Assembly (NCBI RefSeq): GCF_009914755.1
Contig: NC_060929.1
Reading direction: 5' to 3' (one strand)
Length of the DNA: 64,000 nucleotides
DNA from: the human T2T-CHM13v2.0 reference genome, Homo sapiens
Both the position numbers and the translations under genes were made by a program. Under the pieces are notes generated by a model. That model was not told where the DNA came from. It searched no databases and saw only the letters and a program-made list of their open reading frames with translations. Positions within the stretch are counted from its first letter, which is position 1, and every line of letters begins with the position of its first letter. Positions 53,234 to 64,000 of this stretch are shown here, piece by piece.

Positions 53234-54849
53234 CTCCCTCTCCCTCTCCCCACGGTCTCCCTCTCCCTCTCTTTCTACGGTCTCCCTCTGATGCCTAGCG
53301 GAAGCTGGACTGTACTGCTGCCATCTCGGCTCACTGCAACCTCCCTGTCTGATTCTCCTGCCTCAGCCTGCCCAGTGCCTGTGATTGCAGGCGCGCGCTG
53401 CCACGCCTGACTGGTTTTCATATTTTTTTGGTGGAGACGGGGTTTCGCTGTGTTGGCCGGGCTGGTCTCCAGCTCCTAACCGCGAGTGATCTGCCAGCCT
53501 CGGCCTCCCGAGGTGCCGGGATTGCAGACAGAGTCTCATTCACTCAGTGCTCAATGGTGCCCAGGCTGGAGTGCAGTGGCGTGATCTCGGCTAGCTACAA
53601 CCTCCACCTCCCAGCCGCCTGCCTTGGCCTCCCAAAGTGCCAAGATTGCAGCCTCTGCCCGGACGCCACCCCATCTGGGAAGTGAGGAGTGTCTCTGCCT
53701 GGCCGCCCATCATCTGGGATGTGAGGAGCCCCTCTGCCCGACTGCCCAGTCTGGGAAGTGAAGAGCACCTCTTCCCAGCCGCCATCCCATCTAGGAAGTG
53801 AGGAGCGTCTCTGCCCGGCCGCCCATCGTCTGAGATGTGGGGAGCGCCTCTGCCCCGCCGCCCCGTCTGGGATGTGAGGAGCGCCTCTGCCGGGCCGCGA
53901 CCCCATCTGGGAGATGAGGAGCGTCTCTGCCCGGCCGCCCCATCTGAGAAGTGAGGAGCCCCTCTGCCTGGCAGCCGCCCTGTCTGAGAAGTGAGGAGCC
54001 CCTCTGCCCGGCAGCCGACCCGTCTGAGAAGTGAGGAGCCCCTCCGCCTGGCAGCCGCCCCGTCTGAGAAGTGAGGAGCCCCTCCGCCCGGCAGCTGCCC
54101 TGTCTGGTTAGTGAGGAGCGTCTCTGCCCGGCAGCCGCCCCGTCCGGCAGCCGCCCTGTCCGGGAGGGAAGTGGGGGGCAGCCCCGACCCGGCCAGCCGC
54201 TCCGTCCGGGAGGGAGGTGGGGGGCGCCTCCGCCCGGCCGCCGCCCCATCCGGGAGGTGGGGGGCGCCTCTGCCTGGCCGCCCCTTCTGGGAAGTGAGGA
54301 GCCCCTCTGCCCGGCCGCCACCCCGTCTGGGAGGTGTACCCAACAGCTCATTAAGAACGGGCCATGATGACGATGGCGGTTTTGTCAAATAGAAAAAGGG
54401 GAAATGTGGGGAAAAGATAGAGAAATCAGATTGTTGCTGTGTCCGTGTAGAAAGAAGTAGACATAGGAGACTCCATTTTGTTCTGTACTAAGAAAAATAC
54501 TTCTGCCTTGGGATGCTGTTGATCTATGACCTTACCCCCAACCCTGTGCTCTCTGAAACATGTGCTGTGTCCACTCAGGGTTAAATGGATTAAGGGCAGT
54601 GCAAGATGTGCTTTGTTAAACAGATGCTTGAAGGCAGCATGCTCGTTAAGAGTCATCACCACTCCCTAATCTCAAGTACCCAGGGACACAAACACTGCGG
54701 AAGGCTGCAGGGTCCTCTGCCTAGGAAAACCAGAGACCTTTGTTCACCTGTTTATCTGCTGACCTTCCCTCCACTATTGTCCTATGACCCTGCCAAATCC
54801 CCCTCTGTGAGAAACACCCAAGAATGATCAACTAAAAAAAAAAAAAAAA
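53234..54849 (+). mobile_element. SVA retrotransposon, antisense in C5orf34 intron 1
   Basis: Short CCCTCT hexamer head, Alu-like segment, GC-rich VNTR (~53660-54335), SINE-R and poly(A); 15-bp TSD AAAGAGTTGGGTTTC at 53219-53233 and 54850-54864. Confidence 0.97.
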
Positions 54850-55541
54850 AAAGAGTTGGGTTTCATTCACACCTTACCATTTACTAGCTAGCTATAAGTC
54901 TCAGGTTGTTCCTCATTTGTAAAATGGGAGTAGTAACAGGATTGTTGTGTGTATTAAAAGAGAAAACAAATATGACAGTGACCAGCACTGTGGATGCTGC
55001 CTTGCAGGCACTCAAGCAATCTTATGAAATGTTTTTATTCCTTTCCAACACTAACCCCATCCCCTTCCACATTATCCCCTTCTACTACCAAGATGATCAA
55101 GTTTTACCTGCCAGAAAAAAATAACGTTCTATAGAAAACACTTTCACTTTATCCCTATTTCCTACCTATAAACAGCTCAAGTGTAGTATTCACTCACTAC
55201 CAACCTTCTCTCCTATCAGTCTTCAATTCACTGCAATCCAGCTTTCACCTCTATCTCTTTACTGACATTGTTTCGCAATGGTCGCCAATGTCTTCTTATA
55301 CCCAATGACTTTAGTCTTCATCCTACTAAACCTCATCAACGTGTAACAGCATTGTCTACATTCCCTTGCACCAAACTCTCTTTTCCCCTACTTTTCTCCC
55401 CTAACATTGGGCTGCCACAGTTTTCTTCTTCACTTCTACCTGTTTTTAGTTTAATCATTCTTCTTCACCATTCCCTTAAATCAAGGATTCTTCAAGACCT
55501 GACCTTAGTCCACATTTCATCCCTTCTTAACATAACACTGA

Positions 55542-55868
<327 letters not shown>

Positions 55869-57592
55869 CACCTTGTCTTTTTTTAACCTTACCCCCTTTA
55901 ATGTATGTAATCAGCTGTAGGTGATATCATCTGTAATCTTCTGAGGATATGTCAGGATATAAGTAAATATTTAACCACATGGTCTCTCCTGAGGAGATTC
56001 ACACACTTTTAATTATTTTCTTTCTCTAGAGAACTAAATGTACCTGACCTCTCACAGAGCTTTCAGGTGGCTGCCTGCTAGACCGCTCTCTATGTCCCTG
56101 TCCCATAGATAAATCAAACTCAACATAACTAAAATGGAACTTAATCACTCCTACCAAAAGCAGGCTTCTGTAATACCCCCTAATTGCACTTTCACTCTCA
56201 TCTCTTCCCTCAAATCCAGTCTGCATACAGTAGTGCCCAGAGGGATCTTTTAAAATGAAAATCACATCTATCACTTCGTGGCTTAAAACCCACCAGTACC
56301 TTCCATTTCTACTTAAAATCCAAACTCCTAAACTATGGCCTACAAAGGCCACACAGTCTGGTCCTATCTACCTCTCCCAATGTCATTTCTCAACTCTCTC
56401 CTACTTCTACAGGGCACTTTAGATACATTAGCATTTTAAATGTTCTTTAAACAAGCTCTTTCCCATCTTTGCAGTTCTTTCTGCCTGCCTTGTCTTTTCC
56501 TTGGCTAATCACAAGGCTGGTTCTTTATCATCATCAAGGTTTCAGCACAAATGTAACTCCTACAAGGGCCCAACGACCAACTAAGTTAAAGTTACTCCCA
56601 AACATCTCCCAATCATTTGTCATCCCTCTTCAAGTTTTTTCTTCATAGAATCTATCATCAAAATTGATTATTTACTTGCTTTTTATTTTCTCCCACTAGG
56701 ATATAAAGTCAACCGAAGCAGGGGCCTTATCTGTCTTATATGTAACAGTATCTCTGGCATCTAAAACAGTATTAGGCAAATAGTAAATGGCACAATAAAT
56801 ATTTGAATGATGAAAAATAAGTAAACTGCTCCTCTTGAATTTGCAATTTGAATTAATGGTGTCTCATTGTTAGCAGCCAATATTCTAAAACTTGACTTTC
56901 CACTCCATGCCCCTGTAACAAGTCCTGTTGATTTTCTGTCTTTGGAACCTGACTCTCTCTACCTCTTTCTCTTTTTCAGGCCATAGACTCTCCAACTCCT
57001 GCAACTGTCTGGAATTTCTTCTCTCTCCAATCCATCTCTAGTATTGATGACATAGGTAACTTTCCACAAGTCACACCATACCAAGTGCTTTACATCACCT
57101 GTTTACGTACTTATCAAATGGCAATATAGATTACAGATATATATATAAACACACACGTATATATCGGGTATGTCTACTTGGTATTTTAGGGGAAAAAACG
57201 GGTGCTGATACATAGATGGAAGACATTTTCTGATTCCAATTTGGGAAAAATAGTCTATCTTTGGTCAGGTGTTTTTTTTAATAGCTTTACTGAGGCGGTT
57301 TTCTAATTTTAAATAATCAAGCATACACAACAAACAGTGTAATGACTAAGGTTCTTGGCATACCATAGGAAACCATAACCCGGCTCCAACCCACACTGCC
57401 ATTCTCATCTCTACAGTCTCATTCCCGCTTGCGTTCTCATCACCCAGCACATTACGTCAGGGTATGTTTAACACTCAAAAATCCACAAGTCTGTTCTTGA
57501 CATGAATGAGAATCTCATTTCTTTCAAAATGCTATAGTCTCTAGTTACAGAAGGAGCCTGATCAAAACAACCACCAAAAGTCTTCCACTCAC

Positions 57593-57900
57593 AGCAGTTC
57601 GGAGCCGAAAAGTTGCGGAAATGAGGCCCAGCAACGGTCCCTGGCTTTGATTTGCCAAAATGCTCTGGAAGCCGCAGCGTCGGCGCCTGCCCACCACTGC
57701 TTCTTCAGGGGTTTCTTCAGTTTGACAAATTACCAGCGAGTGATATTTCTTGGTGAAAGAAAAAAATCACAACCCTAGAGGAATAAGGTGGCAGGGAGAG
57801 TGTTTTGGCCAAGATGCCCGCCACGAAACAGGAAAGCGGAGACAGCGCCAACTGTAACCACTAAGAGAAAGCGCAAACCGCACAAGACCAGTTCAAAACC
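57593..57900 (-). other. C5orf34: C5orf34 non-coding exon 1 (TSS approximate)
   Basis: Donor CT|GTGAGT at 57593/57592 at the edge of the CpG-rich promoter. Confidence 0.7.
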
Positions 57901-58220
57901 AGCGCCCTCAGGGAGCCGCTTCAGAGCTCCGCAACAGGGAAGACAGGAAGTCCCGCCCCTCCACAACAGGAAGGGCCGGAAGTCCCGCCCCTCCACTCCG
58001 GAGGCTGCCCTCGCTGCGTTCCCTACGAAGGGCGGAGCAGGAATTGGTGTAGGAAGGGGACGGGTGTTTCCTTGTTCGGAATCGGGTTGGCTCCTCTTTG
58101 ATTTTTTACTTCTGGTGACCCACGCAAAAGCAGTCCCGACCTGGTTGTATTAATAATAAAGGCTGTAAGGATCAGCCTTTTGAACGGTCCAGCCGAGAAC
58201 TAACCACAGAGCGCGTTTTA
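57600..58220. promoter_or_regulatory. C5orf34: CpG-rich promoter of C5orf34 with ETS sites, GC boxes and CDE/CHR
   Basis: CCGGAAGT/CAGGAAGT and CCCGCCCC motifs at 57944-57991; TTTGAA on the minus strand at 57892-57897. Confidence 0.8.
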
Positions 58221-58897
58221 GTGGAGTGGTACTTATTTTTAAATAAGGTAAAAAACGATTATACTTCAGTAAAGCTGTTTAGAAAAAAAAAAACTTGGCC
58301 AAAGATGGAGAACTCTTCCTAATTTGGTATCAGAAAATAGGTCGTCTATGTATCTGCACCTTTTTTCCTTATAAAGTGGCAAATAAATGTGTCTGCTATA
58401 TTTATTGCCACTAAACAAGTGTTTATGGAACACTCACTGTGTGTTTAGGCATAGTGGGGATAAAGCAGGGAAGGTGGCCCAGTTCTTTGCGGGTGAGGAT
58501 CAGAGCTAGAGATTAACTGGAAAGAAAGAATAAACAATCATTTATTACAGTTGTGAGTGTTTCTAAGATAAAATACAGAGGTTTGTGAGAGCATAGAGAG
58601 GCATACCTTGTTTTATTGTGCATTTTATTGTGCTTTGCAGATACTGAGTTTACTACAAATGGAAGGTTTGAGGCAACCTTGATGGAGCAAGTGTATGGGT
58701 GCCATGTTTTTCCAACATCATGTGCTCACTTTGTGTCTCTGACATATTTTGGTAATTCCCACAATATTTCAAACTTTTTCATTATTTTTGTATCTGTTAG
58801 AGTGATCTGTGTGATCACTGATCTTTGATGTCACTACTGTAATTGTTTTGGGGGACCACAGATCATGCTCATACATTATAAAATGGCGAACTGAATC

Positions 58898-59813
<916 letters not shown>

Positions 59814-61295
59814 AGTCGATTGATATATATTGTGTGTGTCTGGCTGCTGTATTCACTGGCCACTCTCATCTCTCACCCTCTCCTAGAGCCTTCCTATTCC
59901 TTGAGACACAACAATATCAAAATTAGGCAAAGTAATACCCCTACAGTGGCTTCTAAGTGTCCAAGTAAAAGAGGGTTGTATGTCTCTCACTTTAAATCAT
60001 AACCTAGAAATGCATGATTAAGCCTGTAAGGAAGGCATGTTGAAAGTAAGATAGGCTGAAAGCTAAGCCTCTTGTGTCAAACAGCCAAGTTGTGAATACA
60101 AAGAAAAAATTCTTAAAGGAAATTAAAAGTACTACTCCAGTGAACACATGAATAATAAGAAAAACCAAAACAGCCTTATTACTGACAGGGAGGAAGTTTG
60201 AATGGTCTGGATAGAAGATCAAACCAGCTACAACATTCCCTTAAACCAAAGCCTAATCCAGAACAAAGCCCTAACTCTCTTCGATTCTATGAAGGCTGAG
60301 AAAGGTGAGGGAGTTGAAGAAAAGTTTAAAGCTATCAGTAGTTGGTTCATGAAATTTAAGGAAAGAAGCCATCTCTGTAACATAAAAGGGCAAGGTGAAG
60401 CCACAAGTGCTGATGTAGAAGCTGCAGCAAGTTATCCAGAAGATCTAACGAAGACCATTGATGAAGGTGGCCAAATTAAACAGCGGATTTTTAATGTAGA
60501 TGCAACAGCCTTCTAGTGGAAGATGTCATCCAGGACTTTCATAGCCAGAGAGAAATTAATGCCTGGTTTCAAAGCTTCAAAGGACAGGCTGATTGTCTTG
60601 TGAAGGTCTAATGCAGCTGGTGACTTGAAGTTGAAACCAATGCTCATTTCTCATTTCAAAATCCTAGGGCCCTTAAGAATTATGTTAAATCTACTCTGCC
60701 TGCACTCCAGAAACAACAGAGCCTGGATGACAGCACATCTGTTTAGAGTATGATTTACTGAATATTTTAAGCCCACTGTTGAAAATGACATTCAGAAAAA
60801 TAGATTTCTTTTAAAATATTGCTACTTATTGACAATGCACCTGGTCACCTAAGAGCTCTGATGACGTACAAGGAGATTAATGTTGTTTTCATGTCTGCTA
60901 ACGCAGCATCCATTCTACAGCCTAAGAGTCAAGAAGTAATTTTGATTTTCAGGTCTTATTATTTAAACAATACATTTCTTGAGGCTATAGCTGACATACA
61001 GAGTGATGTCTCTAATGGATCTGGGCAAAATCAATTGAAAACCTTTGGGAAAAGATTCACCATTCTAGATGCCATTGAGAACATTTGTGCTTCATGGGAG
61101 GAGGTCAAAATATCCAATTAAGAGAAGTTTGGAAGAAGTTTATTCCAATCCTCATGGTTGAGTTTGAGGGCTTCATGTCTTTAGTGAAAGAAGTGACTGC
61201 AGATGTGATGGAAACAGCAAGAGAACTGAATGAGAAGGGGAGCCTGAAGATGTGACTGAATTGCTGCAATCTCCTGATAAACCTTGAATGGATGA

Positions 61296-61594
<299 letters not shown>

Positions 61595-62536
61595 TGCGTT
61601 GCTTCTTATGGATTAGCAAAGAAAGTGATTTCTTGAAATGGAAACTACTCCTAGTGAAGATGCTGAGTATTGTTGAAATGACAATAAAGGATTTTGAATA
61701 TTACATAAACTTTGTTGATAAAACAGCAGCAGGGTTTAAGATGATTGACTCAAATTTTTAAAGAAGTTCTATTGTGGTTAAAATGCTATCACACAGCATT
61801 GCAAACTGGATAAATCTTTCTTGAAAGGAAGAGGCAAACCTCATTGTTGGCTTATTTTAAGAAATTGCCACAGCTGTCCCAGCCTTCGGCAACCACCACC
61901 CGAATCAGTCAACAGCTATCAACACTGGGGCAAGACCCTCCACCAGCAAAAAGATTACGATTCACTGAAGACTCATATGATCATTTGTATTTTCTAGCAA
62001 TAAAGAATTTTTAAATTAAGGTATGTATATTTAAAGAATATGCTTTCGCACACTTAATAGGCCTCAGTATAGTATAAACATAACTTTTATATGTACTGGG
62101 AAACCAAAGAATTCCCAACTTACTTTATTGCAATATTTGCTTTATTGTAGTCTGGAACGGAACTAGCAATATCTCCATGGAATACCTGTAATGAGCAGAT
62201 TTAACCTAAGATGAGAAAATATTTCCACTGAAGTTTGAAATTTAAGTACGTGTTAGCCAGGTAAAGTAGGGGGAAAAGTATTTCAAGCAGAGGTTAAAGT
62301 CCCTGTGTTAAGGCTGTGAGGCCCAAGGGAAGGAGCTTTCCCTTTAAAAAGGACTGAAAGAAAGCAAATGTGGTTTAAGCATGGTTAGGGAGGAAAGAGG
62401 CCTGAAGGGGAGGGAATCCTGGAGTGGGATACAGAGGTAGGCAGGCAGAGTACAGAACATTAGGGATTTATGGACTCAAGATTTATATTCTCTGACACCA
62501 AATTAGGAAAAAAAGAGGTCTCTATTTTTGGCCAAG

Positions 62537-62537
<1 letters not shown>

Positions 62538-62574
<37 letters not shown>
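62538..62574. repeat. (TG)~18 microsatellite
   Basis: Perfect dinucleotide run. Confidence 0.97.
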
Positions 62575-62577
<3 letters not shown>

Positions 62578-62609
62578 AAACAGCTTTATTGAGGTATAAT
62601 TGTTTATTA

Positions 62610-63032
<423 letters not shown>

Positions 63033-63826
63033 TCAATCTTCCATGAAGTGTAAATAAAGGCATCTTTAAAGATCACATTTTCATTGACCTGTAACATCAG
63101 TTTGTATCACATAATGCTAACTTAGTTCCTGTCCCACCCCCACCTTTTACCTTCTAAGAACCTCCTATATCGAAATCCTATCTACTACAGAGTTTTGTGA
63201 TGCTATTTGTCCATTAGAAAGATTCTTGGAACTGCTAAGTGGAGAAAGGATTATAGGATGCAAGGTTGATGTGGATAGCTCAGTAGAAGGTTTTTGAAAA
63301 AGCAACAGTAGAGATCATGGCAGCTTGGACGCAGGACCTGGGCAGTGAAGATGATGAGCACAGCTCCAGGAAATATTTAGGAGATTGACTGTATACTTGA
63401 TGGTGGTTGAACCTGGGGCTAAGGGAGGGGTAGGAGTCATAGGCAATCAGGGTTTCTGGTTGGGACAAGTGGATAGGTGGCAGTGCTACTGATAAGAAAG
63501 GGGATGTTAAGAGGAAGAGCAAATTTACTGATAGCATGATTTAAATTTTGTTAGTCCACCTGATCGAAATGGTAAATTAGTAGAGGTCTGCAATCAGGAG
63601 ATAGAAACAAATCTGGAGGTCACTGGCTGATAGCTGCTAACTGAAGCTACAGGAGAGGATGAAATAGTCCAAGAATATTGTGACATGAGAAAAGAATGTT
63701 TAGGACTGAACTTTGAAGAACACTAGTATGTACAGATTAGGTAAAGGAAGAGAAGCCCACAAAAACATTGAGGAGGAACAGCATGAAGATGGAAAGCAAG
63801 TTAACTGTGTCCTAAATGCCTAGAGG

Positions 63827-64000
63827 TTTTCTTTTTCTTTTTTTTTTTTTTGAGACAGAGTCTCACTCTGTCACGCAGGCTGGAGTGCAGTGGTGCAATC
63901 TGGGTTCACTACAAGCTCCGCCTCCCAGGTTCACGCCATTCTCCTGCCTCAGCTTCCTGAGTAGCTGGGACTACAGGCGCCCACCACCACGCCAGGCTAA
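63827..64000 (-). mobile_element. AluY-like, cut by the window end
   Basis: Poly(T) followed by caagctccgcctccc...ttcacgccattctc. Confidence 0.85.

Noticed and set aside
53660-54335. Regularly spaced ~40-bp repeats (GAAGTGAGGAGCCCCTCTGCC) that superficially resemble a CRISPR array, plus long GC-rich ORFs (265 aa, 186 aa)
   Set aside because: This is the SVA VNTR: there are no unique spacers, the context is eukaryotic, and the ORFs reflect stop-poor GC-rich repeats.
60202-61121. Transposase ORFs as a domesticated TIGD-like gene
   Set aside because: Multiple stops and frameshifts, plus LTR and Alu insertions; a decayed Tigger1.

Overview
Hominoid (very probably human) genomic DNA. The right half holds a complete 13-exon gene on the minus strand. 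Splicing it by hand gives a 1917-nt CDS (638 aa) starting MAAELRMILYEDDSVQ, which I recognise as C5orf34 (5p12). A CpG island at ~26.3-27.3 kb is the likely promoter and first exon of the next minus-strand gene; I name it TMEM267 from recalled gene order only, since none of its coding sequence is in the window. Positions 1-26 kb would then be its intron 1, dominated by a 15-kb nested retroelement stack: an old L1MA2/3 carrying two L1PA insertions, two MER4-type LTRs, an LTR6 and Alus. Also present are a full-length EEF1A1 retrocopy in C5orf34 intron 6, an SVA in intron 1, a Tigger1 upstream and many Alus. The best second-look items are a textbook U12 (minor spliceosome) terminal intron, a CDE/CHR element and duplicated ETS/GC-box unit in the C5orf34 promoter, a polo-box-like internal repeat in the protein, and an L1 3' transduction. 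I found no convincing wholly new biological system. Repeat subfamily names come from remembered consensus sequences and need RepeatMasker/Dfam confirmation.
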